Shown one piece after another: positions 1-10,800 of a stretch of DNA of 64,000 nt. Position 1 is the first letter of the stretch. Each line of letters begins with the position of its first letter. The stretch covers positions 68,340 to 132,339 of the forward strand of contig CAIVZR010000004.1 in the NCBI GenBank assembly GCA_903910445.1, read 5' to 3'. The notes under the pieces were generated by a model that ran no database searches, was not told the DNA's origin, and saw only the letters and a program-made list of their open reading frames with translations. Both the position numbers and the translations under genes were made by a program. This DNA comes from an uncultured Bacteroidota bacterium (lineage in GTDB: Bacteria; Bacteroidota; Bacteroidia; UKL13-3).

Positions 1-1
1 C

Positions 2-523
2 TATGCCGATGTAACTCTTGAGAAAGGGGAAGCAAGTATTGCAGGATACGACTTACGAAAATTAAAAACAAGTCAGATTCCATTTCTGCGCAGAAAACTC
101 GGAATTGTATTTCAAGACTTTCAATTACTCACCGATCGCAGTGTCTATGATAATCTCGAATTTGTTCTTCAAGCTACTGGCTGGAAAGATAAAACCTTAA
201 TCAAAAATCGAATTGAAGAGGTGATGGAAAAGGTGCGCTTGAGTACAAAAAACTATAAGTTTCCTCACGAATTATCAGGTGGCGAACAACAACGTATTGT
301 AATCGCTCGCGCCTTGCTCAATAACCCAGATATCATCCTTGCCGATGAGCCAACAGGTAATCTCGATCCAGAAGTAAGCGACGAAATCATGAAGCTTCTA
401 ATTGAAATCAGCCAAGGTGGTACTGCCATTCTCATGGCAACACATGATTACCGCCTAATCAATAAATTTTTCGGAAAGGTATATCGTTGCGATAATCATC
501 GTATCCTTGAAATTCCAATTTAA
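2..523 (+). CDS. ftsE: Cell division ATP-binding protein FtsE (ABC-type ATPase), N-terminus cut by the window edge
   Basis: The reading frame is open from position 2. It contains the ABC signature LSGGEQQR, Walker B ILADEPTGNLD and the H-loop (MATHD). Confidence 0.85.
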   Translation, partial: YADVTLEKGEASIAGYDLRKLKTSQIPFLRRKLGIVFQDFQLLTDRSVYDNLEFVLQATGWKDKTLIKNRIEEVMEKVRLSTKNYKFPHELSGGEQQRIVIARALLNNPDIILADEPTGNLDPEVSDEIMKLLIEISQGGTAILMATHDYRLINKFFGKVYRCDNHRILEIPI

Positions 524-534
524 TTTAATTATTT

Positions 535-1935
535 ATGAAGATACAATTTTTTGGGGCAGCACAAACAGTTACTGGATCAAAACACCTATTAGCACTCGAA
601 AGTGGCTTCACTGTTATGCTCGATTGCGGCTTGTTTCAAGGCATGGGTGCGGTTGGGCAACAAAGAAATAGGACTTTCGGATTCGATGCATCCAATATCC
701 AAAGTGTTATCTTGTCTCATGCACATATCGATCATTCGGGATTACTCCCAAAACTATATGCTGAAGGTTTTCGAGGTAATATTTATTGCACCCCTGCTAC
801 TGCCGATTTATGCGGAATCATGCTTAGGGATAGTGCTTTTATTCAAGAAAGCGATTTGAAGTTTGTAAACAAACGTAGGGCTAAAAGAGGCGATCAGCCG
901 CTCGAACCATTATATACCTTGGAAGATGCCGAAGGTGTATTGGAGCTCATGATTCAGGTGAATTACTTAAATGAATTTGCAATCAACAATGAAATAAGTT
1001 TCAACTTTACCGATCAAGGCCACCTCCTGGGAAGTGCTGCTGTGAACATAACCATTACCGAATCGAAGAAGCAATTCAAACTCACCTTCACCGGTGATAT
1101 TGGTCGCCCGAATGACCAAATATTACGTGGCCCAGAAAAATTCCCTCAGGCCGATTATATCATTTGCGAAAGCACTTATGGCAACCGATTGCATGAAAAA
1201 CAAGCCGGGGCCGAAGAACGATTACTCGAAATTGTAAAGGATACTTGCGTTCGTAAAAAAGGAAAATTAATTATCCCAGCATTTAGTGTCGATCGAACTC
1301 AAGAGTTGGTTTTTGCTCTGGATAAAATGGAGAGCGCAGGTGTCTTGCCCCGTATCAAAGTATTTGTTGATAGCCCCCTAAGTGTGAATGCTACCAATAT
1401 TATGCGCAAGCATCGCGAATGTTATAACGATCATATTTTAAATTATTTGAAAACGGATGAAGATCCATTCGGATTCGACAATCTGGAATATATAAGCAAT
1501 GTTGTTCGAAGCAAAGAACTCAATGATTTGAAGGAACCATGTATCATTATTTCTTCAAGTGGAATGGCCGAAGCGGGAAGAATAAAACACCATATTGCTA
1601 ATAACATTAAGAATAAAAACAATACGATTTTGATGGTCGGCTACTGCTCGCCAGGAAGTCTTGGAAGCGAATTAAAAGAAGGGAAAGGGGAGGTCAATAT
1701 ATTCGGTGAAATGTATCCGGTTATCGCCAATGTCGAATCCATTGATAGTTATAGCGCCCATGCTGATTATCTGGAAATGATTGATTATTTGGAATGTCAA
1801 AACTCAAAATCAGTTAAAAAAGTATTTTTAGTTCATGGTGAAATAGAAACTCAAACAGTATTCAAAAAACATCTTGAAGACGCAGGATTTCATAATATTG
1901 AAATTCCGGCATACATGCAATCTATTGAAATATAA
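535..1935 (+). CDS. MBL-fold metallo-hydrolase with beta-CASP / RNA-metabolising domain (RNase J-like family ribonuclease)
   Basis: 466 aa. It carries the HAHIDHSG metallo-beta-lactamase motif, and its length and C-terminal region are typical of beta-CASP RNases. Confidence 0.75.
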   Translation: MKIQFFGAAQTVTGSKHLLALESGFTVMLDCGLFQGMGAVGQQRNRTFGFDASNIQSVILSHAHIDHSGLLPKLYAEGFRGNIYCTPATADLCGIMLRDSAFIQESDLKFVNKRRAKRGDQPLEPLYTLEDAEGVLELMIQVNYLNEFAINNEISFNFTDQGHLLGSAAVNITITESKKQFKLTFTGDIGRPNDQILRGPEKFPQADYIICESTYGNRLHEKQAGAEERLLEIVKDTCVRKKGKLIIPAFSVDRTQELVFALDKMESAGVLPRIKVFVDSPLSVNATNIMRKHRECYNDHILNYLKTDEDPFGFDNLEYISNVVRSKELNDLKEPCIIISSSGMAEAGRIKHHIANNIKNKNNTILMVGYCSPGSLGSELKEGKGEVNIFGEMYPVIANVESIDSYSAHADYLEMIDYLECQNSKSVKKVFLVHGEIETQTVFKKHLEDAGFHNIEIPAYMQSIEI

Positions 1936-1940
1936 TAGGA

Positions 1941-3056
1941 ATGAAAATGCTACTGTTTGTAAAAATAAATAAGTTGTTTGCGTGCAGTTTAATTGCAATC
2001 ATCTTCACCATCAATGCAGCCAAAGCGCAACCATTGTATCCATATTGGGATCAATACAATATGCATTTCAATGTTTTTGATAATGGTCAAATTCGCAATA
2101 TTGAAATTCAAAAGCCACAAAGTTTCAAAGCTGGAGCTAGTGTATGTGCCTACGTATCCAATGTAAACGATTTTAAAATTTACTTTAATGGCAAATCCAC
2201 CATCGTTTCTCGTTTCGTGCCTAAAAGTTACGACTGCAGTAACTCAATGGTATCGTGGAATACAGGTGTGAGTTCTTTTGTGTTCTTTAATGGAAATGTT
2301 AAAAAATTATGCGATGGATGTTCGGGAATTACAATGAATGATAGTATGGTTCAATTCAATGACCGTTACGGATTTTTCAGTGTATTCTATAACAACCGAA
2401 TCAGGAGCTTGGAAATTTCTCCAGAAACAGGATTTACTTTAGGGCGTAACTTAATTGCATTCGTGGATCGTAATAACTACCTAAAAGTATGGTACCACGA
2501 TACAACTGTAATTCTTGAAAATTCACATGCTAATCTTAAATATTCTTGCGGATTAAACACTGTGGGATTCATCGATGTAACCAACCGACTCAGGGTTTTT
2601 TATAAGAATAAAATTTTTACTTTAGATAAACTGCCACCCAAAAATTTTGTGGTTGGCGATGATATGGTGGCCTGGGTTGATCAGAATAATAATCTACGGA
2701 TATTTCACAAAGGGAATGTTTTTTTACTTGAAAATTATGACCCAGGAAACTTTAATATTATTGAAGGAGTGATGTTTTATAAAAGCAATATCAATGAATT
2801 GAAAGTCTTTGAAAACGGCAAAGGCAGGGCCATCGAGTCCTATTTCCCCACAAGCTTTTCTGCTAAAAACAGCCTGCTTGTATACTCCGATTTTAGAAAC
2901 CGATTAAAGGCGTACGTTGAAGGTGAGGTTTATAATGTAAGTGAAGATATTGTAACTTCATATGCGGTTTACCCAGGACTAGTGGCTTTCTATAGCAATG
3001 CTAAGAGTCTCACCTTTTGGACTAAGGAGGATCATATTGAAGTGCAAATTAATTAG
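1941..3056 (+). CDS. Secreted hypothetical repeat protein (N-terminal signal peptide, about 9 degenerate ~40-aa repeats)
   Basis: Signal peptide MKMLLFVK...AAKAQ. The motif h-x-[FWY]-[VI]-D-x2-N-x-L-[KR]-[VI]-[FWY]-[YH] recurs (IAFVDRNNYLKVWYHD, VGFIDVTNRLRVFYKN, VAWVDQNNNLRIFHKG and others). I cannot assign a family. Confidence 0.55.
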   Translation: MKMLLFVKINKLFACSLIAIIFTINAAKAQPLYPYWDQYNMHFNVFDNGQIRNIEIQKPQSFKAGASVCAYVSNVNDFKIYFNGKSTIVSRFVPKSYDCSNSMVSWNTGVSSFVFFNGNVKKLCDGCSGITMNDSMVQFNDRYGFFSVFYNNRIRSLEISPETGFTLGRNLIAFVDRNNYLKVWYHDTTVILENSHANLKYSCGLNTVGFIDVTNRLRVFYKNKIFTLDKLPPKNFVVGDDMVAWVDQNNNLRIFHKGNVFLLENYDPGNFNIIEGVMFYKSNINELKVFENGKGRAIESYFPTSFSAKNSLLVYSDFRNRLKAYVEGEVYNVSEDIVTSYAVYPGLVAFYSNAKSLTFWTKEDHIEVQIN

Positions 3057-3075
3057 CATTTCAACTCTCTAAATG

Positions 3076-3681
3076 CTAGAGAGGCTTAATATCTAGAAAG
3101 TAAAACTTTTCTTTGAGTTCTAATAATTTGCTTTCTTTCGAACGAGAAATTAAAAAGGCAATTTGTAATTCGGAAGTGTAATTTGTGCCTTGAATTTTCG
3201 CATCAAGTAGTTTTAAAAATCGATGTGCGTCTCCCTCTTTTGAAAATTCACATCTTAATTGATATTGATCTTCTATCTGTAACTCAATCACCAGAGCCAA
3301 TTTTAAAGCCTCTGCAGCCGATTGGTTGTATGCAGTAATTAAACCAGGTACTCCCAACATAGTGCCTCCAAAATACCGAACAATAACGACACCTATATTG
3401 GTTAAATCGGCCGATAGTATCGCTCTTAAAATAGGCTTCCCTGCTGTGTTTGAGGGTTCTCCATCATCACTGCTCTTTTGAAAACTTTTATCTGGATTTA
3501 ACACCAATGCATAACAATGATGCGTGGCATCAGGGTAACGTGCCTTTAATAAAATTAGCTGTTTCTTAAAATCATCTTCCTGATTTATATGAAATGCAAA
3601 TGCGAAAAACTTGCTTCCTTTCTCTTTAAACAGGAATTCAGTTGCATCTTGAATCGTTTTATAGCTTGTACTAAAAAGCAT
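3076..3681 (-). CDS. IMPACT / YigZ family protein (UPF0029)
   Basis: 201 aa. It contains the DDGEPSNTAGKPIL motif characteristic of the YigZ/IMPACT N-terminal domain. Confidence 0.7.
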   Translation of the reverse strand: MLFSTSYKTIQDATEFLFKEKGSKFFAFAFHINQEDDFKKQLILLKARYPDATHHCYALVLNPDKSFQKSSDDGEPSNTAGKPILRAILSADLTNIGVVIVRYFGGTMLGVPGLITAYNQSAAEALKLALVIELQIEDQYQLRCEFSKEGDAHRFLKLLDAKIQGTNYTSELQIAFLISRSKESKLLELKEKFYFLDIKPL

Positions 3682-4549
3682 AATTCTGAAATGCTAGAAC
3701 GATAATGCTCAATATAGAAATTATTACTCCAATATAATTAACTGTACGAAGGCGCTCTTTAAAGAGCGCCATAGCCATAAAAGTAGATAGTAAAAGCACA
3801 CCTACATTAATCAAAGGAAATACAAAGGTACTTGGTAAGGAAGGAGTATGCAATGCATCAACTACAAAGATGAACGAGAAGTAATTTAATACCCCTAAAA
3901 TTATACCGGCAATTATACTGCGCCCATGCACTTCAGGACTTTTTTTATAACTCGTAAAAAGAAAATATATCATGCCAAACACCCCTGCACTTGCATAACA
4001 CACCATCATTACATATTGCGGTGGAACAATATTATAAAAGTTAATTTCAATATACTTAAATGAAGTGTCAACCATCCCACTGCCAACAAATACAACTGCG
4101 ATAAGCGCAATGGCAGCAAAGGAATTATTGCCTTTTTCTTCCGTTTTTGGTCTCATCACGGTAAGCACAACTCCAATCATAGCCATAATTATTGCTGCTA
4201 ATTTTAGCACTGTCATTTCTTCTCCAAGAAATAGCACTGCGTAAGTGAGTGGAATAACCAACGACATTTTAGAAGAAATTGCGCTCGTAATTACTGATAT
4301 TGATTGTGCCACTTTGCTTGTGGCCATGAATACCACAATGAAAAGCAACCCTAAACAAAATGCGAATAAAAACCAAGGTGCATGTAAATCAATTTTTATA
4401 TTCCTATCGGATAGCAGATAACTTGTAAGTGAAGCAATAACATAATTCACTAGAATTGCATGAAAAGTATTTACTTTAAGTGGAATAAAATACTTGAAGC
4501 AAACAACCAATAAGGTAGAAAATAAAATTGCTGCAAAAATCAATAACAT
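3671..4549 (-). CDS. Polytopic inner-membrane protein (about 10 TM helices; possibly a DMT/EamA-like transporter)
   Basis: 292 aa and strongly hydrophobic throughout. Its start overlaps the ribD stop, suggesting an operon. Confidence 0.5.
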   Translation of the reverse strand: MLLIFAAILFSTLLVVCFKYFIPLKVNTFHAILVNYVIASLTSYLLSDRNIKIDLHAPWFLFAFCLGLLFIVVFMATSKVAQSISVITSAISSKMSLVIPLTYAVLFLGEEMTVLKLAAIIMAMIGVVLTVMRPKTEEKGNNSFAAIALIAVVFVGSGMVDTSFKYIEINFYNIVPPQYVMMVCYASAGVFGMIYFLFTSYKKSPEVHGRSIIAGIILGVLNYFSFIFVVDALHTPSLPSTFVFPLINVGVLLLSTFMAMALFKERLRTVNYIGVIISILSIIVLAFQNYAF

Positions 4550-5607
4550 GTAGATTGGTTGTTTTTGTAATAATGTAAAATATCGGTATGAATTTTTTCG
4601 GTTTTAATCAATTCGCTAGTATTCAATAGGGTAGGTGCTTTGATGCCATCAGTCCATTCAAATGCCGCTGTGTAAATTCTGGCCTCATCCCATAAACCCT
4701 TATCAATAAAAGATTGTAGTGTTTTTGCTCCTCCTTCTACCAAAACACTTTGAATGTTTCTTTGAAGTAATTCTTGAAGCAAAAATGGCAAAAGGGTTAT
4801 TTCCTGTTCTGAATAATTGATGAATTCAACGTTCTCAATTCTAGGTGTTTTATTTGCTTTTGAGAATATTATGGTATGTTGTTTTGAGTTGAAAATATGG
4901 TGCGTCAGAGGTATTTTCAAATCATTATCAATGACGATTCTTATGGGTGGTTTTCCTGCATAATAGCGAGCATCTAGGTGAGGGTTATCAAGAAGGGATG
5001 TTCGGGCACCAACTAAGATTGATGATTCTTCTGTTCTCCAACGATGGGTTAATCGTTGAGAATATTCATTACTTATTAAACGTGATTCGTTCGTTGAATT
5101 CTCCGTTCTGCCAATGAATCCATTGCTGGTTTGAGCATATTTTAGGATTATAAATGGACGCTTTTTTATGACATTTGTAAAGAAACGTTTGTTTAAATTA
5201 TTGCATTGTTCAACACAATGATTAAATGAAGTTTCAATTCCTGCATTTTGCAATTTCCTAATGCCATTGCCTGAAACTTTTTCAAATGGGTCGAGAGTTC
5301 CAATTACCACCCGTTTAATTCCTTTTGAAATTATTAAGTCGGCACAAGGAGGCGTTTTGCCATGATGAGAGCAAGGTTCGAGATTTACATATAGTGTGCA
5401 ATCAGGGAGGATATTATCTGGAACATTCTTCAATGCATTGACCTCTGCATGTGCTTCTCCGTATTGCTTATGATAACCTTCTCCAACAATTTTGTTTTGG
5501 TAAACAACAACAGCCCCTACCATTGGGTTAGGAGATACATTGCCTTGGCCAATTTGAGCCAATTGTATGCAGCGTTTCATGTAAATGTCATCGCTATTTG
5601 TCATCAT
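4540..5607 (-). CDS. ribD: Bifunctional riboflavin biosynthesis protein RibD (pyrimidine deaminase / reductase)
   Basis: It has the zinc deaminase motifs HAEVNAL and PCSHHGKTPPC, and a C-terminal RibD reductase domain. Confidence 0.85.
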   Translation of the reverse strand: MMTNSDDIYMKRCIQLAQIGQGNVSPNPMVGAVVVYQNKIVGEGYHKQYGEAHAEVNALKNVPDNILPDCTLYVNLEPCSHHGKTPPCADLIISKGIKRVVIGTLDPFEKVSGNGIRKLQNAGIETSFNHCVEQCNNLNKRFFTNVIKKRPFIILKYAQTSNGFIGRTENSTNESRLISNEYSQRLTHRWRTEESSILVGARTSLLDNPHLDARYYAGKPPIRIVIDNDLKIPLTHHIFNSKQHTIIFSKANKTPRIENVEFINYSEQEITLLPFLLQELLQRNIQSVLVEGGAKTLQSFIDKGLWDEARIYTAAFEWTDGIKAPTLLNTSELIKTEKIHTDILHYYKNNQSTCY

Positions 5608-5695
5608 TTCATCTTGTCGAATTGTCAGATATTTTGGTTTGCTGATCGAATCGCAATAAACAAAAATTTAGATTTAATACCCATGTTGAATTTGT

Positions 5696-6586
5696 TTGTT
5701 GCAAAGATATTACCTTCGCGAAAGTAAGGAAATGACATTAAAGGAAACCGAAGAATATATACTCAATCGAATATTGTTGAATTACAATTATGATGAAGCA
5801 AAGTCAATTGCAAAGTTGCTATTGAAATTTCATTTAAAATTCGATGATATCAGCTATTCGATAAGCTATCAAAAGCAATTGCCAAGCAACATCATGGGAG
5901 TCGTTAATGAGTCGATTAATCGACTGCAATGGAGCGAACCCATACAGTATGTTTTAGGGGAGGCTCATTTTATGGGTTACGACTTTATTGTAGCGCCTGA
6001 AGTGTTAATTCCAAGAAGAGAAACAGAGGAATTAGTTGATTTAATTGTAAAGCATCATAACACGAATAATCTTATTACGGTATTGGATATTGGAACAGGG
6101 AGTGGATGTATTGCAATTTCTATAAATAAGCTCCTAAGAAATTCTAAAGTATATGCAATGGATATCTCTGAAGGTGCTTTGGACATTGCCTTTCGCAATA
6201 CTATTAAGTTAAAGTCAACGGTTGAATTTCTGCATGCAGATGTATTATCACTTGAGGCAATTGAGATAGATAAATTTGATATTATCGTGAGTAACCCGCC
6301 TTATGTTACAATGAATGAAAGCAATCTAATGCATGCCAATGTGGTAAACCATGAACCTCATTTGGCCTTGTTCGTGCCAGATAATGATGCATTAAAATTC
6401 TATCGTAAAATAACTTCTCTTGCCTCAAAAAGTTTGAAGATTAATGGGAAATTATACTTTGAAATTAATGAGAATTTTGCAGAGGCAGTAATGAAAGATA
6501 TGTTGCAAAATAACTTTTCAGAGATTGAAGTTATTAAGGATATGCAAGGGAAAGATAGAATTGTTTACGGTACTTTACAATCGTAA
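5696..6586 (+). CDS. prmC: Release factor glutamine N5-methyltransferase PrmC (HemK)
   Basis: It has the SAM-binding motif LDIGTGSGCIAI and the catalytic NPPY motif (VSNPPYV). The true start may instead be the internal Met (MTLKE..., nt 5732). Confidence 0.8.
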   Translation: MLQRYYLRESKEMTLKETEEYILNRILLNYNYDEAKSIAKLLLKFHLKFDDISYSISYQKQLPSNIMGVVNESINRLQWSEPIQYVLGEAHFMGYDFIVAPEVLIPRRETEELVDLIVKHHNTNNLITVLDIGTGSGCIAISINKLLRNSKVYAMDISEGALDIAFRNTIKLKSTVEFLHADVLSLEAIEIDKFDIIVSNPPYVTMNESNLMHANVVNHEPHLALFVPDNDALKFYRKITSLASKSLKINGKLYFEINENFAEAVMKDMLQNNFSEIEVIKDMQGKDRIVYGTLQS

Positions 6587-6592
6587 TAAGGA

Positions 6593-7825
6593 CTATTCTT
6601 CTCTAATATTTTGTATTTTAATTGCAGTTCGTGATGGATAAATGGATGCAATAAATCCAATAAATAACGCTACGAAAAGCGTTAAAACGATATCAAAAAC
6701 CTGCAATGCAACAGGGTACGAATCAACTACAAATGTAGCTCCATTGCCTCCTAGTTTTATGAATCCATATTCTTTTTGAAACCAGCAGGCACTTATTCCA
6801 AATCCAATTCCAATAAGGCTTCCAAGGCATGCAATAAGAAGTCCTTCTCCAATTATAATATTTCTAATTTTCGATAATGGCATTCCTAAAGCATGCAAGA
6901 TGCTAAAATCTTTTTTCTTCTCAATAACGATCATGAGTAATGAGCCTATTAGGTTAAATGAAACGATTAAGAGCACAAAAGCTAAAATTAAAAAAGCTAC
7001 CCATTTCTCTATATTCATCAATTTGTAAAGCGAAGCATGTTGTGCTGCTCTGCTCTCCACCTTATACTGACTGTTTTGTAATTTATTGATTTTTGAAATC
7101 AATTCTTCAGCATTCACGCCTTTATCAGTAATTATTTCAATAGCGCTTACCTCGTCGGTATAATCGAGTAATTCACGTGCAAATTGTAATGGCACCAGTA
7201 CATACTTTTCATCGATCTCTTGTTGAATTCCAAAAACTCCAGTTGGGTAAATTAGTTTATCACTAAAGCTATTTTCTGGATTCAACGGGTCAAATTGCTC
7301 TCGTTTAGGTACATAAATTTGCACTGCCGAAAGTTCATCATTAATGTTTAGGTTGAGCTTTGATGCCAGGCCTGTTCCCATGCTGCAAAAGGCCGAGGTG
7401 TCATTCAAAATCATGACCCCATCCCGAAGTAAGGTGTCTAAATGTGTAGCCTCAATATAACCGTCACTTACTGCTTTTATGGTTGCAATGGTTTGCTTAT
7501 CTTGATATTTCAATAACACATTCTCTTCCAGTACTTCATTATAAAAAGCTATACCATCTAGCTTTTTTATTGAAGCAAAAACACTGTCAGTACTATGAAT
7601 TATTTTGCCTTGTAGAGGCGTTATTTTTATATCGGCATCAAAGGTGCCATACAATGCAATCACCAAGCCTACAAAGCCATTAAGGGCAGAAAGTATAATA
7701 ATCATTGCTGCTGTGCATACAGCAAAACCCGCAGATGTAATTAATGTAATAATATTAATTGCATTCCGAGATTTCTTGGAAAACAGGTATCGCTTAGAAA
7801 ACAGAAATGAATTCATGAACTGCAA
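6593..7825 (-). CDS. FtsX-like ABC transporter permease (LolC/LolE-type, lipoprotein-release family)
   Basis: 410 aa. It has an N-terminal TM helix, a large periplasmic domain, then three C-terminal TM helices, which is the FtsX/MacB-type topology. Confidence 0.7.
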   Translation of the reverse strand: MQFMNSFLFSKRYLFSKKSRNAINIITLITSAGFAVCTAAMIIILSALNGFVGLVIALYGTFDADIKITPLQGKIIHSTDSVFASIKKLDGIAFYNEVLEENVLLKYQDKQTIATIKAVSDGYIEATHLDTLLRDGVMILNDTSAFCSMGTGLASKLNLNINDELSAVQIYVPKREQFDPLNPENSFSDKLIYPTGVFGIQQEIDEKYVLVPLQFARELLDYTDEVSAIEIITDKGVNAEELISKINKLQNSQYKVESRAAQHASLYKLMNIEKWVAFLILAFVLLIVSFNLIGSLLMIVIEKKKDFSILHALGMPLSKIRNIIIGEGLLIACLGSLIGIGFGISACWFQKEYGFIKLGGNGATFVVDSYPVALQVFDIVLTLFVALFIGFIASIYPSRTAIKIQNIREE

Positions 7826-7834
7826 AGTAATTAC

Positions 7835-10800
7835 TTAATTCTGATTATCCTCTAAATTCATTAATGGGCTTTTTTCTCTTTTGCGAGTTCTCTTCAAGAA
7901 GCTACACCACTCACAATTGTCTTCATTACAGCCGATCTCAAATTCATGTTTATGGATTTTTTCCCAAGATGTTTTTATCTGATTTTTTACGATTTCTTGG
8001 TCTTCATTTGTTACAAATATTTTTTCTCGAATGTTCTCTTTTGTTTTTTTGTCGTGCTCAATAAATACAAATTCCGCCGATTGAAATCTCATTTTTTCGA
8101 GTTTGTAATTGTCAATAAGCAATGAGTAAAATACCCCTTGACGCCAGTAATCTCCACCATTTTTTGATTCATAAGTTTCCTTTCCTGAATCCTTTTCATG
8201 AGGCCGCGCAAACTTCTCTTTATGATAGGCACCTGTTTTGTAATCTACAATATTAACATCGGTATCATAGTATTCTATTTTGTCGAGATTGCCATTTAAT
8301 GGAATGCCTTCAACAGGTATATTGGTAAATCTTTTTTCTAATTTTACATTTTTGTAACTCTGCTCAATATAGTTGGGATAGATATTGTTTAATAAAACTT
8401 TTCCGAATTCACTTCTCCTCTTGAATTGCTCATCAGTAAAGCTTTCTCGATGCCGTATTAAGTAATTATCAAGTTGTATATATGCGTTTTCTAATGTCAA
8501 TATTTCGCCAGGATTGCTTAACGATGGGAAATAAATTCTTTGTAACACATCATGCATTGCCGACCCAAATTCCATGCTTTCATTTTTAGCCATTGGAACA
8601 TGTAAAATATTATTGAAATAAAATTTTACTGGGCATTTTAAGTAATTATTTAGATGGGTTACACTCATCTGGTACCCCTGTAATAAATAGTCAATATAGG
8701 AGTGGTCGAACAAAGTAATTTGTGGCACTTCTTCATCAGCCAATATAACAGATTGGAAATGGATTACATCTTCTTCTGATACTTTTTCTTTAATTGCTTG
8801 CAATCCAGTTGATGCTTCTATTTCAGCAATGAAAATACTTTTCTCCTGATCTTTTCCATCCATGCCATTCGAAACATAACTTATGTTTAAATTAGTTTTC
8901 GCCCTTGTCATTGCTACATAGAACAATCTTCTCTCATCGTTTATTGGATCGAATTCTTCAACATCACTAAACAAATTTTGAGGAATGGCAAACCCGCTTT
9001 TTCTTGATGCTTTGCCCCATATTTTTTGATTAGCATTGATAATAAAAACATATTTAAATTCTTCTCCTTTGCTTCCGTGTGCAGTTGTAAGATTTACGCC
9101 ATTTGAATGATTTGTAATTCTATTTAGTGGTAAGCTAACTTCTACTTCATCCATTAATTCTAATCTTGCTATGAACTCATGAACATTCAAACTTGTAGTT
9201 TTTTCACATTCATCTTTTAAAAATTGAAAGAATGAATTTAGCATTTCCATATACCAATGTTTCTCCTGTTGAAGCATGATATAGCTCAATATCCCACTTC
9301 TAATGATGATTTTCTCAACAAGCTGTTGTAGGGTTAAATTGAACACGTTAGTAATCCAAAATTCTATATCTTGGCTTAAGGTATGAATTGCTTTTTTCGA
9401 GATACTATCAGTACTTATTTTACTAATAATTTCTCTCCAAAATATATTCTTTTCTGTTCTTTTCTGTTCTCTAATTTCAATTGAAATTCGAGCGATATCG
9501 AGTGAATTAATTTCGAAGAAATCATAATGCATAATTTCGAATAATAAATGCTCAGCACTATGAGGTCGTTTCGATTCTAAACTTATGTACTTAAGAATGG
9601 TTATAATTTTTTTGATAAAAACATCTTGAAGAATATTAAAATTACGCTTCACATTGTATGGGATATTCTCTGCATCAAAATACCTTATTATGCTTTCAGC
9701 TTCTTTGTGACCTCTGTATATAATTGCAATATCACTTAGGTTTATTTTATTTTCTTGCAATGCCTTTATTTGTTTTGCAATTGCAATTGTTTGTTGCGAT
9801 TCGTTTATATATTCAGTTACCTGAAAAACTGTTTCTTGATTACTTTCTGCTCTCGCGATAAGGTGTTTGTTTAAGTTCTTGATATAGTTACTTAACCTAT
9901 CGTTATTATGGTCAATCAGCATTCTTGAAACATCCAGAATGGGTTGTGTACTCCGGTAATTTTCGGTTAGTACAACTTGATTTAAAAATTTGGAGAATCG
10001 TTTTTGAAACTCCAACATTGTTTTACTGCTTGCCCCTTGAAAACGAAAAATGGCTTGATCATCATCACCTACAACAAAAATATTTGGATTGTCGTCTTCG
10101 CCTGCAAGCAGCCATAACAAATCGTTTTGAGCCCCATTGGTATCTTGATATTCATCAACTAAAATGTACTGATAAAGCTCTTGATAATTGGCCAATAAAT
10201 CGGAATTCTCCTTAAACTCTTTTAGCACCCATAAGATCATATCGTTATAAGTATAACGATTTTCTTCTTCTAATATCTTGCGATAGTTGTCATATTCTTT
10301 CGCTGCAGGAATTGTTTTTTCTAGTTTTTCAATATCTTCTTCAACACTTTTTTTCAACCCTTTGGCACCTCTTTTTGAATAATTTTTTTCATCGGCTTTT
10401 ATAATTTCAATTTCTTTTGCAATACCAAGTTCAATATCCTCATGGGTCCAGTTTTCTTTCTCCATGGTTTCAAATAAATTCTGCAAATTCTTGACCTCAT
10501 AGTACACTTCTCCGCGATATCTTTTCAATGGATGGTTCAGCGGAAATTTATCGATAAGCTTACGCATTAAAATTACTTTTTCAAGATCGCTTATCGATTG
10601 CAGATTTGAATTTCCAAATAAACTTTGATTGCCTTGAATAACGCTATTGCAAAATGAATGGAAGGTGCTAATTGTAATTCGATAAGCTTCTGGGCCAATC
10701 ATTTTTACCAAGCGTTGACGCATATTTACAGCGCCATTATCGGTATAGGTTAAACATAAAATATTATCAGCGTTGGCTTGAGCGTCTTCCGAGCGAAGAA

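Noticed and set aside
602-859. 85-aa ORF overlapping the MBL-fold RNase gene in another frame
   Set aside because: It is embedded in a well-supported 466-aa gene. The hydrophobic junk-like translation has no support.
1-1935. ftsE not followed by ftsX as a possible disrupted division operon
   Set aside because: The upstream context is outside the window, and in Bacteroidota ftsX is frequently not adjacent to ftsE. The FtsX-like protein at 6593-7825 has LolE/MacB-type features and is unrelated.
5449-5727. 92-aa plus-strand ORF spanning the ribD start and the ribD/prmC intergenic region
   Set aside because: It overlaps the ribD 5' end in antisense and the divergent promoter region, and has no motif.
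7483-7838. Plus-strand ORFs 7483-7683 and 7605-7838 inside the lolE-like permease gene
   Set aside because: These are antisense to a well-supported membrane-protein gene and are typical shadow ORFs.
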